Shown piece by piece: positions 27,975 to 38,511 of a stretch of 64,000 nucleotides of DNA; within the stretch, counting starts at the first letter, position 1; every line of letters begins with the position of its first letter. The DNA comes from Nitrospirota bacterium (GTDB lineage: Bacteria; Nitrospirota; UBA9217), in the NCBI GenBank assembly GCA_963749655.1, contig CAVVOB010000019.1, positions 113,643 through 177,642 on the forward strand, written 5' to 3'. The translations under genes and the position numbers were made by a program. Under the pieces are notes generated by a model that saw nothing but the letters and a program-made list of their open reading frames with translations, searched no databases and was not told the origin of the DNA.

Positions 27975-30292
27975 TCAGGTAGTGATGGCAACAGATCTGG
28001 TCCCCGTCGCGACGGTAGGCGAAGTCATGGAGGTAAGCGCCCCGTTCGCATCAATCACATACTGCAAGACGCTGTTGCCGCTGTTCGTTACGTAGACGTA
28101 CCTGCCCGAGGGGTCGATTACAACAGAGTTGGGATTCGTCCCTGCCGCGACCGTCGGGGTGGTCATTGGTGTGAGCGCCCCATCCGCGCCGATCAAGTAC
28201 TGCGAAACGTCGTTGCTCATATAGTTCGCCACGTAGACGTGTTTGCCCACGGGGTCGACTGCGACTGAGTAAGGCCATGTCCCCGCCGCGACCGTTGAGG
28301 CGATCATGGGAATGAGCGCCCCATCAGCTCTGATCGTGTATTGCGAGACGTTGACACTGGCGTTCGCCACATAGGCGTATCTGCGAGGGGTCGATTGCAA
28401 GGGAAACGGGAAACGTTCCTGCCGCGGCCGTCGGAGTGGTCATGGAGGTCAATGAGCCGTCACCGTTGATCACGTACTGCGACGGTATTGTTGCCATAGT
28501 TCGTCACGTAGGCGGAACCTGCCAGGGGCCTAACGTGACTGACGAGGGGTTCGTTCCCGCTGCGACCGTAGCGGTGGCCATGGAGGTCAATGAGCCGTTC
28601 GCGTTGATCACGTACTGTGAGACGTCGTTGCTGAACCAGTTCGCCACGTAGGCGTACTTGCCCGAGGGGCTACGGTGACTGACGAGGGGCTTGTCCCCGC
28701 CGCGACCGTAGGCGTGGTCATAGATGTGAGCAACCCATCCGCGCCGATCGTATACTGCGACACGGTATTGCTTCCGGTCACCACATCGGCGTACCTGCCC
28801 GAGGGGTCAGCTGCGATGGAGGAAGACTTTTCGCCGTGACTGTGGGAGTGGTCATGGAAGCGAGCACGCCATTCGCGCCGATCATGTACTGCGAGACGCT
28901 GTTGTTGCCGTAGTTCGCGGCGTACGCGTACTTCGCCACCGCAGCAGCCGGACTCGCGCCATAACTGATCGCCAGAGAAACAGGCTCGGCGTGTGTGGCG
29001 ACGGAGACCGGCGAATTCGCTGTGAGCGACCCATCCGCGCCTATCAAATACTGAGAAACGTCGTTGCTCGAAGAGTTCGCCGCGTAAACGTACTTGCCCG
29101 AAGGGTCGACCGTGAGAGCAAAGGGGGCATTCCCCGCTGCGATTGTAGGGGTGACCATAGAGGTGAGAGCCCCGTCTGCGCCGATCACATATTGCGAGAC
29201 GCTGTTGCTGTTAACGTTCGTCACGTATGCGTACTTGCCCAAGGGATCGATTCTGACGTAGGAAGGGGCCGCTTCAGCTGCGACCGTGGGAGTCGTCATG
29301 GATATCAGCCCCCCGTTCGCACCGATCGTGTACTGCGAGACGGTCTTGCTTCCTCTGTTGGCCACGTAGGCGAACCTGCCCGAGGGGTCGATTGCGACGG
29401 AATAAGGAACCATATCCGCCGCGACCGTGGGGCTCGTCATGGATATGAGATTTCCGTTCGCTCCGATCAGGTACTGCGAAACGTCGTTGCTTCCGCTGTT
29501 CGCCGCGTAGACGAACTTTCCGGAAGGATCGACCGCAACTGACTCGGGAAACGTGCCCGTCGCGACCGTGGGGGTAGCCATGGAAATGAGCGCCCCATCT
29601 GCGCCGATCACGTACTGTGAGACGTCGTTGCTGCTGTTGTTTACTACATAGACATATCTGCCTGAGGGATCGACCGTAACTGACTCCGGATTCGTCCCGG
29701 CTGCGATCGTAGGAGCAGTCATGGAGGCGAGCGTCCCATCCGCGCCGATCGTGTACTGCGAGACGTTGTTGCTGTAGAAGTTAGCCACGTAAACGAATCT
29801 GCCCGAGGGGTCGATCGCGACGAAACTGGGGCCCGTCCCGGCGGCGACCTTGTTGATCCATTTGAGCCGGCCCGTTGCAGCATCAACTGCATAGGTGGAA
29901 ACGCTGTCTTCAGCCTGATCCGCAACATAGGCGAAACGCGGATAATCCGTCGCGCAGGAGACAACCGTGCTGATATTTGCGCCTGAAACAGCGCCGGTGC
30001 CGCCGCTCACCGTACAGGTCTGCATGGGGCTTCTCGGCCGGACTTTAATGGTGACTGCGTAATTCGAGCCGTCTTGGAGCGAAACGGTAAAAACGAACGG
30101 CCCGTCTGCTGAAATTGCAAGGTCGTCGCCTCCGTTGTTCTGCAGGACGAGTCCGGAACCCGCCAGTCCGGTCACGCTGCCTCCTACGGTAAAGCTTGCC
30201 GGTCCAGCATTATTGCCGCCTCCTCCACTGCAGGCTGCGAGAATGCAGGACAGGAAAAACAACGCGCTTACCAGTGCGACGAATCTTTTCAT
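27975..30292 (-). CDS. Lipoprotein with tandem lactonase-type 7-bladed beta-propellers (frameshifts at 28400-28830)
   Basis: Lipobox LAAC; TVGGSVTGLAGSGLVLQNNGGDDL domain; about 14 repeats of 47 aa (YVANxxSNDVSQYxIGADG...DPSG). Confidence 0.85.
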
Positions 30293-30343
30293 GACAATCC
30301 TCCCATTCATGTCTTTACCGTCATTTTGTTTTGATCACGATGT

Positions 30344-32359
30344 TCAGATACCGACCGGGATCAATTCCAGATGGCACCATTTGTCGCTGCTCATATTCAC
30401 TGTCGTACATGTTCCGGTCCCGCTGCACCCCCCTGTCCATTGCACGTAATAACCCTGCGCGGGCGTGGGTGGCTGCGTTTCACAAAGCGTGACCGAGGTC
30501 CCGTTTGCGAATTCCGCGGTGAATTTGTCCGGGGCACCGGCTACCCAGTCGAAGCCGAAATTGATTCCCGTTGGCGAACTCGTGATCCCCCCGCCCCACC
30601 CGCCGGTGCTCACATTAAGGTAATGCATGCCGTTGCCTCCGCCGACAATCACTCCGCTGCTCCCGCTGTTTGTCCCACTGCTCGCATCGCAGCTTCTTCC
30701 GCTGGTCCCTCCGCAGCTCCTGGTGGTGAAGACGACACCACAGCCGACCGTGCAACCGTCCACCCATACCGGGCTTGTGCCAACAGAGGCGAAGCTAAAC
30801 GGAACGCCTACCCCGGCGCCGCCGGGCACGATCATACCGGTCACCGTGCCGGATGACGACAACATGCCTGACGCCGAGACCTGATAGGAAACAAGCTCAT
30901 TGTTCGTATCAAGCACATAAACGAATTTGCCTTGCGGCTCAGCGACAAGGGCGATATGGCCGACCATTGCCCCGCTCCCGCTCAGTGCGGAATCTCCGAG
31001 AGTGAGAAGCCCGGTCGCTCCGTCGATCGTGTATACTTCCAGATTGACGTTGTTATAAGGATCCTGTTTGCCGACATAGAGGAACCGGCCTTCCGAATCC
31101 ATGGCAAGGGAGGAGGGTTTTGCCGAAACGGTGACGGATTGCACGTAACTAAGAGAACCGGACGCTGCATTGGCGTCGTACACGAGCACTGCGTCATAGT
31201 TGGAGCTGTCGCCGATGCTTCCCACGTATACAGACTGCCCTGACGGGTCCACGACAATGGACCAGGGGGTGTCCGGAATCGCCACGCTGTCCGTGGGCGA
31301 CGACGCGAACGCTCCCGTTGTCGCGTCTATGGAAAAAACCGTCACCGTACCTTGGTAGCCGTTGCCCACAGGCGTGCTCGTTCTCCATCCGTATGCCACG
31401 TATGCCCACGCGCCTGTCGGATCAATGGCAAGGGCCGTCGGCGGCGCGCCTCCAGAGTCTCCCGTGCTGACCGGTCCGGTCAGCGCCCCGGTGACGGGAT
31501 CGATGGTGTAGACCGATATATCGGTGTCGGGGGAGCCGGATGGTCCGTAGTTCACGACATAGAGAAACTTTCCCGTGGGGTGAATGACTGCCGTGACCGG
31601 CTTTGCCCTGTTTGTCGATGTGGTCGACGATGCTATGGCAATTGGACCTGAAATCGCGCCGCTGAGCTCATCGAGGCTGTAGACTGAAACGCTGTACGGG
31701 TCCACGCCGTTAACCGTTGTGGTTCCCCCGCTCGTGACGTAGGCAAACCTGCCTGAAGGATGCGTCACAATGGAAAAGGGCTCGTCCCCGGTCAAGGCCG
31801 TACTCGTCGGACCTGAAAGCGCGCCCGTTGTGGTGTTGATCATGTACGATGCAATGCCGTTCGCGGTCAGCGCATAAATGTTCCATGGTCGAGTGGCCGC
31901 ATATCCGGGAATTACCCAGGACAGGTTTGTTACGCTCGCCTCGAGCATGTTGCTGTTGAACGTTGACGGGATCTCCGCGAAAGCGCCGCCCAGTTCCGCT
32001 TTGTACATCTTCGGCGTTGCGTTGGGCGGCACCTGTGAGGAGTCGAAGGGAATGCGAATGGTAACCGGCACGGCAAATGAAGTGCCGTGCGGCGTGATCT
32101 CATATGCCGCGCCTGCTGCGTTGACATCAGCGGGCGGGAAATCAGGCGCCGCGCTGCTGTCGCGGGCCACTGCGATATCGACGTTTGCCGACAGCGCGCC
32201 GGCCGGAATTATAACTTCCGCGCCGATGGGTCCGCTGACCGTGCCGCCTTGCGGACCGATTCCGGTTGTGGCATTTGTCCCGCTGCTCGACTTGCTATTG
32301 CAGGAGCCGATGCTGAGACTGATGATAAGCACTGCTGCTATGGCAAATACTCTTTTCAT
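30344..32359 (-). CDS. Lipoprotein: ZU5-like domain + lactonase-type beta-propeller + B-repeat
   Basis: Lipobox IGSC; IGPQGGTV..IPAGAL..ITPHGTSFAVPVTIRIP; HPSGRFAYV repeats; WTGGCSGTGTCT; CAGGAGG RBS. Confidence 0.85.
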   Translation of the reverse strand: MKRVFAIAAVLIISLSIGSCNSKSSSGTNATTGIGPQGGTVSGPIGAEVIIPAGALSANVDIAVARDSSAAPDFPPADVNAAGAAYEITPHGTSFAVPVTIRIPFDSSQVPPNATPKMYKAELGGAFAEIPSTFNSNMLEASVTNLSWVIPGYAATRPWNIYALTANGIASYMINTTTGALSGPTSTALTGDEPFSIVTHPSGRFAYVTSGGTTTVNGVDPYSVSVYSLDELSGAISGPIAIASSTTSTNRAKPVTAVIHPTGKFLYVVNYGPSGSPDTDISVYTIDPVTGALTGPVSTGDSGGAPPTALAIDPTGAWAYVAYGWRTSTPVGNGYQGTVTVFSIDATTGAFASSPTDSVAIPDTPWSIVVDPSGQSVYVGSIGDSSNYDAVLVYDANAASGSLSYVQSVTVSAKPSSLAMDSEGRFLYVGKQDPYNNVNLEVYTIDGATGLLTLGDSALSGSGAMVGHIALVAEPQGKFVYVLDTNNELVSYQVSASGMLSSSGTVTGMIVPGGAGVGVPFSFASVGTSPVWVDGCTVGCGVVFTTRSCGGTSGRSCDASSGTNSGSSGVIVGGGNGMHYLNVSTGGWGGGITSSPTGINFGFDWVAGAPDKFTAEFANGTSVTLCETQPPTPAQGYYVQWTGGCSGTGTCTTVNMSSDKWCHLELIPVGI

Positions 32360-32462
32360 GTTTGCCTCCTGTCTGTTCGCTATTTTGTAAGTCCATCAAA
32401 TGTCCATTCCGGACATGTCGAATCGTCAAGCACATTAACGTTCCCATGTTGCATTAAAACGC

Positions 32463-32506
32463 AAAAACCCGTCCAATATGTCGTTTCCGACCATTGAACG
32501 GGCTTT
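32463..32506 (-). terminator. Terminator/attenuator-like hairpin in the operon leader
   Basis: Minus strand: AAGCCCGTTCAATGGTCG-GAAA-CGACATATTGGACGGG-TTTTT. Confidence 0.65.
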
Positions 32507-32658
32507 AGTTGTCCCTGGAACGGGGGTAAAGGTGTCGTTCGCTTGTTATCGAATTATGTATGATGGAATGAAGAAACTTTACACAGCATGCGGTCAAATA
32601 TCAAGGTACTATTCCCCTCGCATCAAATAAATTAAGGGTACTATTCACCAGCTCGTGA

Positions 32659-32874
32659 TTACTTCAGCGTCTCGCTTTTCCGGATGAACATGACGCCGCC
32701 GTTATTGAGCCCCACGGTCACCTCGCCCGTGTAGGCTTCATCGATGAGACCGACCTGCTTCAATGTTTCGGCAATCACCCTTTTGGTTTCTTTCACATCG
32801 AGGGCATTGTTCTTTGTATCGCATTCACACATTGCACACCTCTTTTCAACAAATTCCTTATTTATATTTGCCAT
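32659..32874 (-). CDS. Small protein with YezD/DUF2292-like C-terminus
   Basis: YTGEVTVGLNNGGVMFIRKSETLK resembles the DUF2292 pattern; CAMCEC near the N-terminus. Confidence 0.6.
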   Translation of the reverse strand: MANINKEFVEKRCAMCECDTKNNALDVKETKRVIAETLKQVGLIDEAYTGEVTVGLNNGGVMFIRKSETLK

Positions 32875-32920
32875 GTATGCTTTCTGTTCACGATGTATGA
32901 ACCGTCTGACTTGCCGTTGT

Positions 32921-33100
32921 CTATTCCATTTCTTTCTCCGCTTTCCTCTCTGTCATCTTGTTCAATATCGCTCTCAGTTCCTCGAAATTGACGAAAAACT
33001 TCTTCTCCTGGGTCTCGACGATCTCGACCACGCCGACAAGACTCCGGGCGTCCCCGGACTCGCGGCGATAAACGCGGACTATGTAGCTTTCTGTTGACAT
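32921..33100 (-). CDS. 59-aa hypothetical protein (absent from the ORF track)
   Basis: Manual translation MSTESYIVRVYRRESGDARSLVGVVEIVETQEKKFFVNFEELRAILNKMTERKAEKEME. Confidence 0.7.
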   Translation of the reverse strand: MSTESYIVRVYRRESGDARSLVGVVEIVETQEKKFFVNFEELRAILNKMTERKAEKEME

Positions 33101-33150
33101 GGTCTTGTGAGCGATCGGTAAACCGGCAATTTCCAGGTTTTATACGAGAA

Positions 33151-33183
33151 AATATATCATGCCGGGGGTCACAAATAGGTCAC
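33151..33183 (-). promoter_or_regulatory. SARP-type direct repeats plus extended -10
   Basis: GTGACC-N5-GTGACC (11-bp period) followed 10 bp later by TATATT preceded by TG-n. Confidence 0.55.
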
Positions 33184-33254
33184 GGATGGGGGTGATAAAT
33201 GGGCGAGGGAATATTTTTAACTGTTTGAATAATCTGGTGAAGCGAAGATAAGCC

Positions 33255-36200
33255 CTATTTCTGCCTTTGCAGCACGGATTGATATAAAGCTTCCATTGCC
33301 TCGGAGGGCGGCAGACCGAAGATGGTCATAAGGGTATGCTTGCACCGGCGGTACGTGGTAATCGCTTCGTCATATTTGCAGAGCCTGATCTGGCAGGACA
33401 TGAGCCGTTGGAAGAGCTCTTCACTCAGGCTGTCCGTTTCCATGGCCCGCTGGTAACAGGCAATGGCGCGCTCCCACTGCCCGGATTGTTCGAAGAGTTC
33501 GCCGGCCGCGTTGACCATCTTGAGGAACCTGCTCCTGAGGCGCTCGCGCATCGATACGGTCCAGGGTCTGCTTGCATCTCCGGGCAAATAACTGCCGCGG
33601 TAAAGAACCATCGCCCTTTCCATTAATTCGATGTCCGCCGGCGTCGGCTGTTTCTTCCTGTCCTTTTTTGTCTGTCCGGAGACTGCGGAGGCAGTCCGGG
33701 AAGCTTTCTGCACGAGCCTCTCGAACGCCCAGAAATCCACCCAGCAGGAGCGCGGATCGAGGCTCGCCTTTCCGTCCTCGATCTGGACCGTTCTCTCGTT
33801 CCCCAAAAGCTGCCGCAGGCGGGAGAGCGTCGTTGTGAAGGAGCTGTGCGCGGCATCGCCTTCCGAGTCGGGCCAGAGTGACCTCGGTGAGCTGTTCTTC
33901 GGAAACCTCCCTGCCGCCGTGCGACAGAAGGACCTTCAAAAGGTCGAGCGGCTTCTTCTGCGCCTTGCCCGGGAAGGTAACGCGCTGATCGTTTACCTGC
34001 AGCTCAAAGCCTCCAAGGGTCCGTATCTTCACGGGCCAGGGCCAGGTTTCGATGTGAAGATGGTGTTCTCCGGGAATGAGCGAGCGCTTGCGTATCAGTC
34101 GCCTCGCATAATCCGTTTCGATACCTGCCTCAAGAGCCCTTGCGCAAAGATCCGTCATGATACCGGGCAACCAACCGGGGATATTCATGATTTCTTGTGC
34201 TCTGCCGATGGAGAACGCTTTTCGGAGACAGTCCATTCCGTAAGACGTGTGATCTTCATCGCTCCTTTGTCCGATCTTTTTCTCCGTATTGGTGAAAGCC
34301 ATATGCGCTTCGAACAGGAGCGACGTATATTGGAACAGCTTGCTGCCGGTCCGGTCAGCCAGATTTTTCCCGAGTGCGAGATAGCGCGCGGCCTGTTCAT
34401 GGTCACCGAGTTCATGATGGATCAGGGCGCGGGTTGTGTAACAAAACGCCGTTGCAAAAGGGAAACCGACCACGGCCGAGACTTCCGTCATACGGGTAAT
34501 ATGTTCAAGCGCCCGCGGAACGTCCTGCTCCATGAGCGACAGCCACGCCGCCAGGAAATAGAAATATTCGGCATCGAACGAACGCATGCGGGCGAGGTTC
34601 ATCTTCATCCTGGCCAGGTATTCTCCTGCAAGCGCGGTATCGCCGATGCTCAGAGCCGCGGCGCAGCCGTGGCCGGCAATATGATTGTCCCAAATATGGA
34701 TGCCGGTCTCTTCAGCCATGCGCAGACCGTCGGAGACAGAACCGAGTGACGATGCGAAGTCGGCGCTGGCCATGAAATCGTAGATCGCTTCAATGGTTTT
34801 GACGCTGATCGCCATCAGCGGGCTGATTTCACCTGATGCAACCTCTGTCCGAAGCTGATCGACAACACGGGCGGACATGGACATGTTTCCCATGTAGAAA
34901 TGATAAAAGGTCAGACACACGCCGGTGTACATCCTCAGGTTTCTGTCATGTCCTTTTTGCAGAAGTTCGAGGGCCTTCTCCTCCCATGCGCCTTTCTCAA
35001 CATTCCAGGGCTGTCTGCACGCGAGGGCATTGAACATGCTCATGGTAACGCGTTCCTTTACTTCGGGTCCCGGATACGTCGGGTCGTCGGCAAGGACGCT
35101 GTTCAGCAGCATGATCTGATCATCAAGATAGCTGAAATCGTTCGCTTCCTGAAGGGCGATATCGGATGCATTGGACCATGCGAGAAACATTCCGAACCGG
35201 TCGTTCAGCTGCCTGAACGCATAAAAAGTCCTATCAAATAATCTTCTGCTCTCTGCCGGCTGAAACGGTGCTATGCAGCATGCGCGCCAGAAGAGAAGAT
35301 ACGGAGTACCTTCGATTATTTCATCGGGTATGCTTGAGATCCAGCCCTCAAGGAGCGCGTATCTTCCCTGCGCTGTGAGCGACTGCGCACGTAAGAGGAT
35401 CAACCGCACAAGGCTTTCCCAATCCCGCGCTTCCTGGAGCAATTTCACGGCGTCCTCGGCCCGGCCTGCGTTCTCCAGGAGCGAGGCCGCCGTGCGTCTT
35501 GTCTTCAAGAGTTCGTCCGGTGACAGCACGGTCCGCGCCCTCGACAGCAGGAAGTCCCTGAACATCGGGTGATACCGGTACACTGACTTCTCGCCCGACA
35601 ACTTGTCGGTAAAAAAATTGTTTTTACTCAGACGATACAAACGCTGCCAGGACGTCGCGTCGCCTGTAAGCTTTTCTGCGGCTTCGGCGGTTATTTCCGG
35701 AAGGCAGGATGTCTTCAGGAGAAAATCCCTGGTCTCTGCATCCATCCCTGCAAAAAACTCGTTCGAAAAATACGTAAAGATCTCCTCGGAAGCAAGATTC
35801 TTCAGGGGTGGAAACCCTTCTTCTCCGTACTTTGTCCGCTCGAGCATGAGGACAAGGCCTGCAACCCACCCGCCTGTCATTGCATGAAGAGAATCGCTCA
35901 TGCCCTCGTGAATGTTCTCACGAAGCTTCGTTCGGACAATATCGCGTGATTCGTCCAGCGTAAGACGGATCTCCTCCCATCCAAGAAAACCGATGCGTCC
36001 GTTGGCGGTCAGATGGGCAAATGAAGCGGCCGGTTCTTCGCGGCTCAGGATGATAACGTGTATGCCCTCTGGAACCACTTCAAGCCCCTGAGCGATCACT
36101 TCATGAAAGAGTGAATTCCTGGGCGCGTCCTGATAGTTATCCAGAACGATCATGAATCCCCTTTTGCTTCCTTCTTTGCCGACGCCGGGCAAAGCGGGAT

Positions 36201-38304
36201 TCAAGCGGCTGTAAAAATCGTTGAACCAACGTTTCGTGAACACCGGCACGCCGCCCAGGTACTCAGGCGAAAAAGGGGGGAGTGGCCTTCTTTTCCCCCC
36301 ATCCGACTTCACTGTTGTAAGCCCCATATAATAGAAGAAGGTCGCGATGTCGCCATCGTCTTCATCCACGGTATACCAGATGCTGGGCGGGTTGCGCGAA
36401 GCGATATAACTTGCGATCAAGGTGGTTTTGCCCGACCCCGCCGGGCCCGATATCCAAGTCACCGGACGCTCCCATCCCTGCTCGAGCGATTCGAAGAGTC
36501 TTGTTCTTAAAAGAATGCTGGAAGCGATCCCCGGAGGCGTTATCTTGGCAATTGATGTCCTGCGTTGCTCTGCGTCAAGCAGGTATGTAACCTGGGATGC
36601 AGCCGCGCCCAACAGGCTTCTGTCTTTGTTCGAATACGCCGTGCCGTTCCATTTGGGCAGAAGAACGGCAAGATAGGAAACATCGTCTCCGAACGAGATC
36701 GGAGCGAACAGGGAATTTTCAATGTCTGATTTCGAGAGCGGTTCTGCCGGGATAATGCTTTTGACGACCTCATACCCGTAGCTCGGAGACTGACAGCCGT
36801 TGAAGTATTTCCTCATTTCCCTTGATGTTCCGGCAATTACTGCGGCTGTCGAGTCGGCCTTGTCGCCGTCGAGAAAAAAGACCGTTGCTGCAGCGCCCTG
36901 GAACTTCATAATGCATATGCCCGAAGGCCCGAGCAACTCCTTTGCAAAAAAGGAGAACTTTTCCAGGGGAGAAACGCCGTCCCTCAGGCCGAGGCTGGTG
37001 ATGAATCGTTGCGACTCAATTTCAACATCATAATCGCCTCGTTTAAATAACTTCTCAACGATGTTCTTGACTCTGTTCCGGAGCGGAACATAAAGAAATA
37101 CGATCAGCAGAACGGCAGCCATGGAATCATAAGGAGCCTTTTGTCCGAAGGGTATGAACTTTGAGGCCAAACCGAGAAATACCAGTTCTATACCCTCCAG
37201 GATCGCGATGGTGAGACCGAAGATCACCGCCGCGTCGAAAATCCTGTCGATATCCATCAACCGGTATTTCGTCACGGCAAAGGCGAAACAAAGCGGATAG
37301 ATTACCGTGGGCAGGACGGATATCTCTTCAGGAATGAACGAGAGTCCGAAGACGATGGGGATCGAGGTCAAACCGAGCCAGGCTGTAAGGCCCGCCAGCA
37401 TGCCGAACACGACCCACTGGATCTGTCTCTTGTATACGATGTTCTTTTCTGCAAAAAAAACGTAGAGAAGATTCACAAAAAAAACAATGAGGCAGGTATC
37501 TGTGTAAAAATAGGTCGTTATATAGGTGCTCTCGAAAATTCCGGCAAGATGGACCGAAGCAAGGCCCGCATAGACGATATAAGGAGTGACTATGAGCCAG
37601 GGATAGCTGCTGAGGATTCTCTTTCTCCTCGGGAATATGAGCAGCATGTGGATAGCGGCGCTGGAGAACCCCTGCGAACCCAGGTTCCCGGTAACGAGCA
37701 ATGCGTGAAATGATGATACTGAAAGAACTATGTCGCGATAGGCAAATGGAGCGAGACTGGCAAAACTTATACAAACAAAGAACCCTATCACGAAATTAGC
37801 CACGGCAATTTCGTGGTCGTTTCTTCTCAGCACAAGATAGGCGACTATCAGGAATGTCCAGCCTACGAGATAGAGCGGAAGGGTTCGTTTGAGCGCAACT
37901 CCCAGGGGGAAGTCTGCGGGGGTAAGCGTAACATCGAGAAGCGTTCCCGCTCTTTCCATGCGAAGGCGAACAGGCCGGTCTGCGGAGATCGCTTCTGCAA
38001 GTATTCTTTCTTCTTCCCAGAAGGCGCGCTGGGCCTTACGGGTACGGTTATAGGAGGGGTCGAGGTTGAAGGCAATCGCCGATATCACCCTGCCATCGAC
38101 TTCGAGCAGACGGTCCCCGGCGCTGATCTGTCCGAAAGCCGGGCTTCCCGCATCGACACTTTTCACGATCGCGGCGTTGTCTTGGATGAACAGTCTTAAA
38201 CCGGTATAGGGCGAACTGTGCAGGGAGGAAAAACCGAACAGGCTCAAGACTACATTCAAGCCGAAGAAAAGTCCTATAAGACTCTTTTTCAGATAGGGAT
38301 TCAT
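33255..38304 (-). CDS. Membrane-anchored PDZ-TM-GAF / MalT-like STAND NTPase / TPR / SARP-BTAD regulator (frameshift near 33880)
   Basis: VDAGSPAFGQISAGDRLLEVDG (PDZ); multiple TMs ending FAVTKYRLMDID; GAF-like region; AKITPP, GPAGSGKTT, IVLDNYQ, YRYHPMFR; WPWPVKIRTLGGF; alternate frame LWPDSEGDAA...WVDFWAFE...LYRGSYL (BTAD). Confidence 0.88.
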
Positions 38305-38511
38305 GCGGTCAATATTTCTTCTTCATCTGCGAATCTAACTGAAAACGATATATATTCGTGAGGAAGGGTCAAGAGAACTATGAGCATGCTTTCCATCAGA
38401 AGTGTATGCGCAAAGTATAGTAGCTCTGTTCACGATTTGCAATAGTTATTCAGGCGGAATAAAATCGGGGGTTTTATCGACGGAGGACATCGGTCCTGAG
38501 CACAAGGTGAC

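Noticed and set aside
27975-29940. CRISPR-like periodic repeats
   Set aside because: The repeats are coding, in frame and degenerate at third positions; there are no spacers or cas genes.
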